A DNA stretch of 64,000 bases, taken from assembly GCA_013178155.1 (NCBI GenBank), contig JABLXH010000002.1, positions 116,523 through 180,522 of the forward strand. The letters are read 5' to 3'. Below are positions 38,401 through 46,550 of the stretch, in pieces. The stretch comes from Armatimonadota bacterium (GTDB lineage: Bacteria > Armatimonadota > Zipacnadia > Zipacnadales > UBA11051). The position numbers were made by a program, and so were the translations under genes. How positions within the stretch are numbered: the first letter of the stretch is position 1; each line of letters starts with the position of its first letter. The notes beneath the pieces were generated by a model. That model was given only the letters and a program-made list of their open reading frames with translations. It was not told where the DNA came from and did not search any database.

Positions 38401-40181
38401 CTGCGGCGTTCAGCCTGGGCATCGCCAACATGCGGCGGCGCAAGCTGCGCACCGCGCTGACGGCGACGACGCTGGTGCTTCTCACCTTCACGGTGCTGAG
38501 TTTCACCTCGGTCCGAGAGAGCCTGCGTACCAACGAGATACGCTTGCCCCACAAGCCTGGTTATCAGGGTGTCATGTTGCGCGACCGCGCCTGGCTGTCG
38601 CTGGAGGAGCCTACGGCCTACATTCTGAAGAACGAGTTGCACAAGGTCGGGACTGTCGCCACCCGGTCGTGGTACACCTCCGGCCAGATCGACAAGGAGG
38701 CGATGATAGACGTCACCAGCGCCGCTGACACCAGTAAGAAATACGTGGTGAGCTGCATCCTGGGGCTGACGCCGCAGGAAGAGGACGTGATGGACATCAA
38801 CCGGGCAGTGATGGCTGGGCGCTGGATCAAGCCGGGTGACAAGGATGTCTGCCTGCTGCCAGCCACGGTGGCCTCTGGCCTGGGTATCAGTGAGCAGCAG
38901 CTTGGGTCCGCGGAGGTCCTGGTCTTCGGTACGCGGTTCCGTGTCATCGGCATCGTCAGCGAGAATGCCATGCGCAAGATGCGGGACCTGGACGGCGAAC
39001 CAATGATGCCTGTGAACTACGCCCTGCTTCGGCCGGAGGTGCTCAAGGAGCTCCAGCGCCAGGCCGAGCAGCGGTCGCAGTTGGGACAGACCAATGCCCA
39101 GTCCTTGCTGCAGGAGTACAAGCATTTCGGCCCGGAGAAACTCATCATCCTGCCCTATGAGCAGACGCTGCAGTTGGGTGGTACATTGCGCTCGATCGCG
39201 GTCCGCTACGAGGACCCCGAGAAAGTGCTGCCCGACGTGCGACAGATGATGAACCGCTTTGCCCTCAGCCTCTATGCCGGATACAAGGACCAGACCCTGC
39301 TGTTCAGCTCCGTGGGGGTGACGTCCTTCTCTGGCCTGGAGGCGCTGGTCATCCCGATCCTCATCGCTGCCCTGATCGTGCTGAACACGATGCTGGGAGC
39401 GGTGCATGAGCGCGTGCGAGAGATCGGCATCTACAGTTCGCTTGGCCTGGCTCCGGTCCACGTCTCCATGCTCTTCCTGGCTGAGGCCTCGGTCTTTGCC
39501 AACCTCGGCGCCATCGTGGGCTACCTGCTGGGCCAGATCGTAACGAAGGTACTCTACGCCACCGGCAGCATGCATGGCATTGAGCTCAACTACAGCTCGA
39601 TGTCGGCGGTATCGGTGACGATCGTGGTTATTCTGGTGGTGTTGTTGTCCACGCTGTACCCATCCAAGAAGGCGGGGGAGATCGCCTCTCCGGGCATCGA
39701 GCGCAAGTGGTCGCTGCCGGAACCCGAGGGCGACCTGATGACGGTGGTGCTGCCCTTCACGGTGACCGGTCGCGATGCGTGGGGCGTGTCGGCGTTCCTG
39801 AAGGAGTTCTTCGACGAGTATGTGGGCTACGCGGGCGGGGAGTTCCTGGCCGAGGACGTCAAGCTGGAGCCGGTGGACTGCGAGCGCGGCAAGGGCATGC
39901 AGGTGTCGCTGCGCATGTGGCTGGCGCCCTACGACCTGGGCGTGAGCCAGGCGTTCCGCCTGACTTGTGAACCCACCGAGGACGGCGATATCTTCGCCAT
40001 CGTGATCCGTCTGGACCGCCTCGCCGGCGACATCACGTCCTGGAAGAAGACCAACACCCTCTTCCTGGCGGGCATTCGCAAGCAGTTCCTGATCTGGCGC
40101 ACGGTGCCGCAGGCTGAGAAGGTCGCCTACGCCGACCGAGCCGAGAAGATCCTGGCGGGTGAGGAGATCGAGGTGGCTTGA
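35451..40181 (+). CDS. Giant fusion protein: signal/anchor + PA-domain + M28-peptidase-like domain (degenerate metal/catalytic residues, coiled-coil insertion) + about 330-aa unknown domain + 3 TM + MacB/FtsX-type permease domain + about 160-aa C-terminal cytoplasmic domain
   Basis: AGGAGAG RBS. M28 N-terminal LRAMEALGSRVVGYPGN, PA-like DFNGKDTAGAIVLMDF, NRNIIGILPGKG...LQAYYDSV...GAENATG. Coiled coil RKLEEELDELNKLKEKL. FtsX TM1 ANMRRRKLRTALTATTLVLL and REIGIYSSLGLAPVHVSMLFLAEA. Confidence 0.75.
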   Translation: MAARNCWKSTLGWSMACLALVGALASLAPAAMDYEALASQIDMGRLVRDLRAMEALGSRVVGYPGNARAAAMIQEEFERLGLETMVQEYDLPSPVDYGSKLRLGDREYDLSALWPNHVRTCQVPAAGLTGPVIYVGAGSLADFNGKDTAGAIVLMDFNTQQNWLNVPLLDAAAVIFVEPLSMTRGEAEMKFVRAPINVPRFYLRGTDAAEVLAKVAEQPVTGTISADEPLRWRSTVNRNIIGILPGKGGTLREEPIVLQAYYDSVSVVPRLAPGAENATGICALLELARLLTRPEYRPQRTVIFLATSGHFQALAGTREFQALWGREPRKERNRLDQLRKLEEELDELNKLKEKLTRDLAKLSEARAQITSETTFFKNVVNVGQLELSPEVAELRLARLDRDIKRKQDYIAIWKKLDSLGKIQLFIGLDLSTRSGALGPFQSGWYYNQSHLLRFYSPLGKQFAQYASAAAEALGYNTADVFVDGINPVKGREWHTFFPGKVAFDHEMIIRGGRPGIVLATVNDGRPLVDTPLDTVSNLDLANLETQVRMLACMLTSFLSDETLGDKALKRIRALKKMDDLKDILGTVLEFRRRDSFVPNTPVPGSLVVIQGSYRMMMGVHTEVLAMANETSEFLMRGEVGGGSILEAYNFDNGTGDVIYAPDMGPDGDKKYPRTVQGRAGLKRPIIVFNCVPTDIFDLVDERYFQTLQKVFIYDAKDYSEPISFGYSLSSMGASASEFPSFVEPVGTIFSMPEVDVQVTMSMGLLGVRLVLINSTDDRPTGVGFPARTTRRIALTPLQVGKDMWQLDEFRMARLRARGIQNARLERLHTAAAESLKVAQEELKARRYDLGVSAARHAWGYESRAYPDVQKTAIDVVKGVLFYLAMLLPFAYFGERLLIASRTIVGTILGTLGVFLVVFFGLAMVHPAFTLTANPPIILLAFIIMALAVMVIAIVTMKFNQELKSMKQARGGVHEADVGRLSAASAAFSLGIANMRRRKLRTALTATTLVLLTFTVLSFTSVRESLRTNEIRLPHKPGYQGVMLRDRAWLSLEEPTAYILKNELHKVGTVATRSWYTSGQIDKEAMIDVTSAADTSKKYVVSCILGLTPQEEDVMDINRAVMAGRWIKPGDKDVCLLPATVASGLGISEQQLGSAEVLVFGTRFRVIGIVSENAMRKMRDLDGEPMMPVNYALLRPEVLKELQRQAEQRSQLGQTNAQSLLQEYKHFGPEKLIILPYEQTLQLGGTLRSIAVRYEDPEKVLPDVRQMMNRFALSLYAGYKDQTLLFSSVGVTSFSGLEALVIPILIAALIVLNTMLGAVHERVREIGIYSSLGLAPVHVSMLFLAEASVFANLGAIVGYLLGQIVTKVLYATGSMHGIELNYSSMSAVSVTIVVILVVLLSTLYPSKKAGEIASPGIERKWSLPEPEGDLMTVVLPFTVTGRDAWGVSAFLKEFFDEYVGYAGGEFLAEDVKLEPVDCERGKGMQVSLRMWLAPYDLGVSQAFRLTCEPTEDGDIFAIVIRLDRLAGDITSWKKTNTLFLAGIRKQFLIWRTVPQAEKVAYADRAEKILAGEEIEVA

Positions 40182-40209
40182 GGGCTCGGGCGCGGCACTG
40201 GAAGAAGCC

Positions 40210-40250
40210 AAACGGGGCGGTCACGGCGGTGGCCGCCCCGTTTCCGTTTC
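40210..40250. terminator. Bidirectional terminator-like hairpin between convergent genes
   Basis: 11-bp perfect stem AAACGGGGCGG / CCGCCCCGTTT followed by TTTCCGTTTC; A-rich on the other side. Confidence 0.45.
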
Positions 40251-40263
40251 AGGTGCGCAAGGA

Positions 40264-40833
40264 CTAGGCCGGCGGGGCTGCCAGGCGGCAGATCATGGCC
40301 GCCATGTAGCCGGCCCCAAAACCGTTGTCTATGTTGACCACAGCCAGTCCCGCGGCGCAGCTGTTGAGCATTGAGAGCAACGCCGCCACCCCGCCAAAGC
40401 TGGCGCCATATCCCACACTCGTCGGCACGCCAATGACCGGCTTGTCCACCAGCCCACCGACGACGCTGGCCAAAGCGCCCTCCATGCCCGCCACCACCAC
40501 AATGGCCCCCGCCGCTACCAGCTCGTCACGATGCCGCAGTAACCGATGCAGGCCGGAGACCCCCACGTCAAAGAGGCGTCGGGCAGGCACCGAAGCGGCC
40601 TCGATGACGGCGGCCGCTTCCTCGGCAACCGGAATGTCCGAAGTCCCGGCAGTGATGACCAAAGCCGGCGGGATGCCCGGACGGGGCGGATCGGGCTCGC
40701 CCAGGCGAATGATACGGGCCGTAGCGTCATAGGTGGCCTCCGGGCAGCGCTCACACACGGCGGCGTAGGCCTCTTCGTTGGCCCGCGAGTGGAGCCTCCC
40801 CGCAGGGCAGCAGCTCTTCCGGGCCGAACTCAC
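40264..40833 (-). CDS. PurE-like AIR-carboxylase family protein (LarB / NCAIR-mutase-related)
   Basis: [17 protein letters not shown]...[17 protein letters not shown]...[10 protein letters not shown] PurE-fold motifs. Shorter than typical LarB (true start may be upstream). Confidence 0.6.
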   Translation of the reverse strand: MSSARKSCCPAGRLHSRANEEAYAAVCERCPEATYDATARIIRLGEPDPPRPGIPPALVITAGTSDIPVAEEAAAVIEAASVPARRLFDVGVSGLHRLLRHRDELVAAGAIVVVAGMEGALASVVGGLVDKPVIGVPTSVGYGASFGGVAALLSMLNSCAAGLAVVNIDNGFGAGYMAAMICRLAAPPA

Positions 40834-40861
40834 GACCGACTAGGGCAAGGAGGCCTGTTCC

Positions 40862-41620
40862 ATGCGACTGCAGGGCAGAGCGGCACTGATTACTGGGGCC
40901 TCGCGCGGGATCGGCAGGGCGATCGCCCGACGGTTCGCCGCCGAGGGCTGTAACGTCGCACTAAACTACGTGAGCGAGGCTGGTCGCGACAACGCCGCCG
41001 AGGCCGAGGCGCTGGCGGCAGAAGTGCGGGGTCTGGGCCGCAAGGCCCTCTGCCTGGAGGCCGATGTCACCGATTTCGCCGCGGTCCAGGCCATGGTGGC
41101 GGCGGCGGTGGAGGCACTCGGGGGGCTTCACATCCTGGTCAACAACGCGGGCATCACCCGAGACCGCACCCTGCGCAAGCTCTCCCCCGAGGACTGGCAG
41201 GCAGTGCTGGACGTAAACCTCACCGGCGCCTTCAACTGCGCCAAGGCGGTGCTGGAGCCGATGCTGGAGCAGGGCTATGGCCGGATCATCAGCCTCGCCT
41301 CCGTGGTGGGTCTGATGGGGAACTTCGGCCAGGCCAACTATGCGGCCAGCAAAGCGGGGCTGACTGGCTTCAGCAAGTCGCTGGCCCGCGAGGTCGCTCG
41401 TAAGGGCGTCACCGTCAACTGCATTGCGCCGGGGTTCATTGACACCGAGATGACCCGGGCCATCCCCCAGGATGTCATCCCGCAGATCCTGGCTCAGATC
41501 CCGATGGGGGCGATGGGAACGGTGGAGGATGTGGCTAACGCAGCGCTGTTCCTGGCTTCTGAGGAGGCAGGGTACATCACGGGACAGGTGCTATCGGTGA
41601 ACGGCGGGATGTACATGTAG
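40862..41620 (+). CDS. fabG: 3-oxoacyl-[ACP] reductase
   Basis: TGASRGIGRAIA Rossmann motif; NNAGI; YAASKAG catalytic YxxxK. Confidence 0.9.
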   Translation: MRLQGRAALITGASRGIGRAIARRFAAEGCNVALNYVSEAGRDNAAEAEALAAEVRGLGRKALCLEADVTDFAAVQAMVAAAVEALGGLHILVNNAGITRDRTLRKLSPEDWQAVLDVNLTGAFNCAKAVLEPMLEQGYGRIISLASVVGLMGNFGQANYAASKAGLTGFSKSLAREVARKGVTVNCIAPGFIDTEMTRAIPQDVIPQILAQIPMGAMGTVEDVANAALFLASEEAGYITGQVLSVNGGMYM

Positions 41621-41625
41621 GCATA

Positions 41626-41671
41626 TTGTAATACATTGTACTTGTTGTTATACTTCCTACATTTATGTAGG
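41626..41671 (+). promoter_or_regulatory. TA-operon promoter TTGTAA-N17-TATACT with adjacent perfect palindromic operator CCTACAT-tt-ATGTAGG
   Basis: -35 at 41626-41631, -10 at 41649-41654, inverted repeat at 41656-41671. AT-rich island in GC-rich DNA. Confidence 0.45.
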
Positions 41672-41686
41672 AAGGGAATGAGTAAG

Positions 41687-41938
41687 ATGGGAACGACGAT
41701 GACGATGGGACCAAAAGGCCAGATCGTCATACCTGCTGCGGTCAGGCGGGCTGTGGACTTGCAGCCTGGGCAACGGGTGGACATTGAGGTGCGCAACGGA
41801 GTCGTGGTGCTGACGCCGATCCCGAATGATCTGATCAAGTACCTGGCTGGCAAGTACAAGGGCACTCCGTCTCCCCTGAAGGACCTCATTGCGGAGCACG
41901 CGGAGGAGGTGCGCCGCGATGAAGAAGGTCGCCTTTGA
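41687..41938 (+). CDS. AbrB/MazE/SpoVT-type antitoxin (VapB-like)
   Basis: MGPKGQIVIPAAVRRAVDLQPGQRVDIEVRNGVVVLTPIP SpoVT/AbrB swapped-hairpin motif. Start chosen for a 9-nt spacing from GGAAGGGA. Confidence 0.65.
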   Translation: MGTTMTMGPKGQIVIPAAVRRAVDLQPGQRVDIEVRNGVVVLTPIPNDLIKYLAGKYKGTPSPLKDLIAEHAEEVRRDEEGRL

Positions 41939-42335
41939 CGCCTGCGCCATCCTGGCCTGGCTCTGGGGTGAGAGGGGGGCTGTCCTGGTTTCCGAGCTAC
42001 TCCGCGAGGTGGCCGAGGGCCGGGCCTGGGGCGCAGTCTGTAGCATTAATCTGGGCGAGGTGTACTACCGGACGTGTCGCGAGAAGGGCCCCACCAACGC
42101 GGATAGCGATCTGCAGATGCTTCGCAAGCTCCCCTGGCAGGTCGTGCCGGCCTCGGATGACCTCGTCTGGGCGGCAGCGCGACTCAAGGCGCAGTATCCC
42201 ATCTCCTACGCCGACGCCTTCGCCCTCGCCTGTGCCCAGCATCATGACGCCGTCCTGGTGACCAACGACCCCGAGCTGGTGAGTGTGGAGCATGGCACGC
42301 CGGTGCTGTGGGGCACCGACGAAGCCGCTGACTAG
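41919..42335 (+). CDS. vapC: PIN-domain toxin
   Basis: VAFDACAILAWL (first acidic residue), ...LGEVYY..., ADAFALACAQHHDAVLVTNDPEL (C-terminal Asp). GGAGGAGG RBS; overlaps the antitoxin by 20 nt. Confidence 0.8.
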   Translation: MKKVAFDACAILAWLWGERGAVLVSELLREVAEGRAWGAVCSINLGEVYYRTCREKGPTNADSDLQMLRKLPWQVVPASDDLVWAAARLKAQYPISYADAFALACAQHHDAVLVTNDPELVSVEHGTPVLWGTDEAAD

Positions 42336-42360
42336 CAGCTAGCTCGATCGGGAGGCCGCT

Positions 42361-43944
42361 TTGTCCAGCAAACTGGTGTCGGTGGAAGAGGCCGTGGCCC
42401 GCATCCCCAATGGCGCGACCGTCGGGGTGGGCGGGTTCGTCGGGGCGGGGCATCCGGAGGCGCTGACCGAGGGCATCGAACGGCGCTTCCTGGACGAGGG
42501 CCGCCCGCGCGACCTGACGGTCCTCTACGCCGCCGGACAGGGTGACGGTCAGGCGCGGGGCATCAACCACCTGGCGCACGAAGGGCTCGTGAAGCGGGTC
42601 ATCGGGGGCCACTGGGGGCTGTGTCCGGCCCTGGGACGGCTGGCGGTCGAGGGCAAGGTGGAGGCGTACAACTGGCCTCAGGGCGTCATCTGCCATCTGC
42701 TGCGCGACATCGCCGCCGGACGACCGGGAGCCATCACCCATATCGGCCTGAAGACCTACGTGGACCCGCGCCATGGCGGCGGGAAGCTCAATGAGCGGAC
42801 CACAGAGGACCTGGTGGAGATTGTGCACCTCGCGGGGCGTGAGTGGATGTTCTACCATGCCTTCCCCGTGCACGTGGCGCTGATCCGGGGGACCACGGCT
42901 GACGAGCGCGGCAACATTACCATGGAGCATGAGGCGCTCTTTGGCGACATGCTGGCGCTGGCACAGGCCGCACGCAATAGCGGGGGGATCGTGCTGGCCC
43001 AGGTCAAACGCATCGCCGCCGCGGGGAGTCTGCCTCCCCAGCAGGTGAGGGTGCCTGGCATCCTGGTGGATGCGGTGGTGGTGGCAGACGAAGAGCACCA
43101 CGGCCAGACCTTCGGCACCGCCTACAATCCGGCCTTCTCGGGCGCCATCCGGGTGCCGTTCGACAGTATCGAGTGGCTTCCCATGGACGAGAGAAAGGTG
43201 ATCGCACGGCGCGCGGCACTGGAACTGCGTCCAGGCGCGGTGATCAACCTGGGTATCGGCATGCCGGAGGGCATCGCCGCTGTAGCCAATGAGGAGGGCA
43301 TCGTCGGCAGCCTGACACAGACCGTGGAGGCCGGGCCGATCGGTGGCGTCCCCGCCAGCGGTCTGGACTTCGGCGCCGCCGCGAACCCCGAGGCCATCGT
43401 GGACCAGCCGGCGCAGTTTGACTTCTACGATGGCGGTGGCCTGGACCTGGCCTTCCTGGGCATGGCTCAGGCTGACGCGGCGGGCAATGTGAACGTCAGC
43501 AAGTTTGGCCCCAGGATCGCCGGCTGCGGTGGTTTCATCAACATCACTCAGACAGCGGCGAAGGTGGTCTTCTGTGGCACCTTCACCGCAGGCGGGCTGG
43601 AGGTAGCGGTGACCGACGGCCGCCTCCAGATCACCCAGGAGGGCAAGTACCACAAGTTCGTGCAGGCGGTCGAACACGTGACCTTCTCGGGTGAGTATGC
43701 CCGGGAGAAGGGCCAAAGCGTGCTCTATGTGACCGAGCGCGCGGTGTTTGAGCTGCGGGACGGGAGACTCTTGCTGACCGAGGTCGCTCCGGGGGTGGAC
43801 GTGGACGCCCAGGTGCTGGCCCAGATGGACTTCCGACCAGACGTTGCGCCCGATCTGCGTGACATGGACGCCCGCGTCTTCCGCGACATGCCGATGGGGC
43901 TGGGAGACGGGGATAGCAGGATAGGTGGGCCGTACCTCACATAG
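42361..43944 (+). CDS. Acyl-CoA:acetate/3-ketoacid CoA-transferase (fused alpha/beta subunits)
   Basis: TTG start per ORF track. [17 protein letters not shown]-terminal motif and an SENG-like [10 protein letters not shown] region. 527 aa, typical of the propionate CoA-transferase family. Confidence 0.75.
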   Translation: MSSKLVSVEEAVARIPNGATVGVGGFVGAGHPEALTEGIERRFLDEGRPRDLTVLYAAGQGDGQARGINHLAHEGLVKRVIGGHWGLCPALGRLAVEGKVEAYNWPQGVICHLLRDIAAGRPGAITHIGLKTYVDPRHGGGKLNERTTEDLVEIVHLAGREWMFYHAFPVHVALIRGTTADERGNITMEHEALFGDMLALAQAARNSGGIVLAQVKRIAAAGSLPPQQVRVPGILVDAVVVADEEHHGQTFGTAYNPAFSGAIRVPFDSIEWLPMDERKVIARRAALELRPGAVINLGIGMPEGIAAVANEEGIVGSLTQTVEAGPIGGVPASGLDFGAAANPEAIVDQPAQFDFYDGGGLDLAFLGMAQADAAGNVNVSKFGPRIAGCGGFINITQTAAKVVFCGTFTAGGLEVAVTDGRLQITQEGKYHKFVQAVEHVTFSGEYAREKGQSVLYVTERAVFELRDGRLLLTEVAPGVDVDAQVLAQMDFRPDVAPDLRDMDARVFRDMPMGLGDGDSRIGGPYLT

Positions 43945-44017
43945 GTCGGGCATCCGTGCGCGACAACACCACGACAGGCAAGATGCCTGTCCCACGCGCC
44001 AGAAAGGGGCCTTCGCC

Positions 44018-46525
44018 GTGAGGACCGTCTCGGCGGTCGCGCTGTGCCTGCTGCCATCGCTCGGCCTGGCGTATCACCCGGGGACCAACATCACGCGCGG
44101 CATCTACCTGAACCCGGCTCCCTTGATGAGCACCGGGCACTGGACGGCCTTCGGTGAGGGCTTCAGCTTCACCGAGGAGTCAGCGCACAGCGGACGAGCG
44201 AGCATCGAGTGCGTGCATCCAGGGCCGGGCGTCGAGGGGGTCGGAGCCGCGCAGGACGTGAAGGTCGGCCAGATCGCCCCTGCACCGCTGAGGATTTCAG
44301 GTTGGAGCAAGGCCGAAGGCGTCGTCGGTGCTGACAGGGCCTGGAATTACTCGGTCTACGCCGACGTGCGCTGCGCTGACGGCAGCAGTATCTACATGCA
44401 GATTGCCACTTTCAGCGGCGGTACCCACGACTGGGAATACGCCGAGACCGTCGTCGAGCCCAAGGCGCCGGTCACGACGGTCGCGCTCTACGTCTTCCTC
44501 CGTCAGGCCACGGGGAGGGTCTGGTTCGATGACATCTTCCTGGGGCCGGTGGACGGGCCAAACCTGGTGCGGAACCCCGGCTTTGAGCCCGAGGACCGGG
44601 TGGACGTGGCAGCCCGCGACGCCATGCTGCACACGCTGCAGGACCTGGGGGTCAACGCCCTGCACATCTACCTGTCCGGCAGTCCGGGTTACTGGCAGGG
44701 CAGCAACGGCCAGGGCAACGCCACCGTGTGGGACTTCCTGAAGCTCATGAGGGAGCGAGGGACCGGCGTGTGGGTTACGACCGGCGGGCCCGAGACGCCG
44801 GGCTTCGCCGACGCCGATGACCCCAACTTTCCGCAGTACGCCTGTGTCAATGGTCCGTGGGGAGAGGCCTGGGTCAAGACGCTGGGGCTGGCGGCGGCCT
44901 ATGACTTCGCGGGCATCTCGCTGGTGCCCGATGAGTACAACTGGCTCTACCACAGCCTGAGGGACGCCTACAGCAAGCACTCTGACCCCAGAGTGGCGGA
45001 GTTCTACCAGAAGCTGCCGGCGATGTGCGACTGTCCGGTCTGTCGGGAGCTCTACCGGACGAAGTTCGGCGCTGAGATGCCCACCCTGCCCCTCGACACC
45101 GTTTTTCCCCAGCAGAGCCAGGCGTACCGGGACTACCTCCGGCTGCGCTACGACAGCACCACGGAGTGGCTGCGACGGGGGGCACAGGCGGTGCATGGGG
45201 CCAATCCCCGCATCCGGGCGGACAGCCTCCTCTGTGTGTCGCCCATCTGTCACGATGACTGGTGGGGACCGGGCATCGCCTGGGACCGCCTGGGCGAGAC
45301 GGGCATTGACTTTCCGACAACCGACCCCTACATCCAGCTTCACAACTACCTCGGCGACAGCACCCACTGGTATGTGACCGAGACGGCCGCCCATCTGACA
45401 GCGGCGACACCGAAGCGACAGTGCGGGATTGTGCTGGAGGCCAGCCGGCTCTATCCGGAGTACCGCGAGATAGACCCGGTGGAGGCCTACGGGAGCGCGC
45501 TCAGCGCCGTATGCCACGGGGCGAAGGAGCTGGCCTGGTGGTACTACACCAACCTGACCGGAGAGAGTGGTGTTACCGGCCGCCCCGAGGTGTACTACGC
45601 CTGCCTCAAAGGGCTCTACGGCCTGCTCGCGCAGGCGGACACCTGGCTTGGGGGCCTGCACCCATACCAGCCGGTGGCATTGCTGTACTCGCGGGCCAGC
45701 GACGATTGGTGGCGGTTCTACTCGCAGCCGGAACCCACGGCCTTCCTGCAGCCACCGGTCAGAGATGCGCGCCATGCCAACGTGGCGCAGAAGGAAGTGC
45801 TTTACTACCTCTTCCGCCGCGGAGTGCCGACTGCCCTGCACTACCTGGAGAGTGTGACCGCAGAGCAGTTACGCGGCTACCAGGCCATCGTGGTGCCCTT
45901 CCCATTGGCGATCAGCGACCAGCAGGCGGCCCTGCTGCAGCAGTTGGCGAGGAGTGGCAAGCGGACCGTTGTCGTCTCGCAGAACGGCCCACTGGATGAC
46001 TTTGGCGCCTTGCGCGAGCGGCCGGCGCTGTCCGGCATGGTCCAGGGCGCAGAGGGGCCGAACGGGCGGCGGTTCGGCCGGGGCCGCGTGTGGTTTCTGC
46101 GGGATGACTTCGGCTATCGGCTGGTTGCCCACGGCGACAACCAGAAGCGCACGCGAGCGGAGCGTATCCAGCCCGACCCCATCGCGGCAGAGCCAGCCGC
46201 CGCTTTCGACCGCATCCTGCGTGCCGCCTGCGGGCATGAGCCCTGGGTGCTGGAGCAGTTGCCCTCCGCCGACCTGGAAGCGACGGCGCTGACCAATGCC
46301 CAGGGCGATCTGGTGGTGCTGACGACGAACTGGACCGATACCCCACAGCGCTGCCGGATCCGGCTGCCGCGGGTGGGCGGCTCCACGCTGTACGGCTTCC
46401 GCCTGGGACCGCGGGGACACTGGGCGCGCGACAGCGTGGGTCTGGAACTCAGGGCCGAGGAATACGTGGGGGACGTGGACCTGGGGCCGCAGGAGGCCTG
46501 TCTGTGGCGCATGCCAGTGCGCTGA
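44018..46525 (+). CDS. Secreted glycoside-hydrolase-like protein (CBM-like N-terminus, TIM-barrel, GH42-type trimerisation-like C-terminal region)
   Basis: GTG 44018 with AGAAAGGGG RBS gives signal peptide VRTVSAVALCLLPSLGLA. C-terminal GYQAIVVPFPLAISDQQAALLQQLARSGKRTVVVS resembles the GH42 trimerisation module. Confidence 0.5.
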   Translation: MRTVSAVALCLLPSLGLAYHPGTNITRGIYLNPAPLMSTGHWTAFGEGFSFTEESAHSGRASIECVHPGPGVEGVGAAQDVKVGQIAPAPLRISGWSKAEGVVGADRAWNYSVYADVRCADGSSIYMQIATFSGGTHDWEYAETVVEPKAPVTTVALYVFLRQATGRVWFDDIFLGPVDGPNLVRNPGFEPEDRVDVAARDAMLHTLQDLGVNALHIYLSGSPGYWQGSNGQGNATVWDFLKLMRERGTGVWVTTGGPETPGFADADDPNFPQYACVNGPWGEAWVKTLGLAAAYDFAGISLVPDEYNWLYHSLRDAYSKHSDPRVAEFYQKLPAMCDCPVCRELYRTKFGAEMPTLPLDTVFPQQSQAYRDYLRLRYDSTTEWLRRGAQAVHGANPRIRADSLLCVSPICHDDWWGPGIAWDRLGETGIDFPTTDPYIQLHNYLGDSTHWYVTETAAHLTAATPKRQCGIVLEASRLYPEYREIDPVEAYGSALSAVCHGAKELAWWYYTNLTGESGVTGRPEVYYACLKGLYGLLAQADTWLGGLHPYQPVALLYSRASDDWWRFYSQPEPTAFLQPPVRDARHANVAQKEVLYYLFRRGVPTALHYLESVTAEQLRGYQAIVVPFPLAISDQQAALLQQLARSGKRTVVVSQNGPLDDFGALRERPALSGMVQGAEGPNGRRFGRGRVWFLRDDFGYRLVAHGDNQKRTRAERIQPDPIAAEPAAAFDRILRAACGHEPWVLEQLPSADLEATALTNAQGDLVVLTTNWTDTPQRCRIRLPRVGGSTLYGFRLGPRGHWARDSVGLELRAEEYVGDVDLGPQEACLWRMPVR

Positions 46526-46550
46526 GCCTGACTACCCTGGAGGCAAGGAC

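Noticed and set aside
37950-40211. 753-aa minus-strand ORF antisense to the giant fusion gene
   Set aside because: It is antisense to a strongly supported CDS, Arg/Gly/Pro-rich low-complexity translation. The same explanation applies to 42184-43995(-), 44297-45841(-), 3788-5044(-), 15518-16744(-), 27835-28905(-), 35520-36602(-) and 11296-12045(-).
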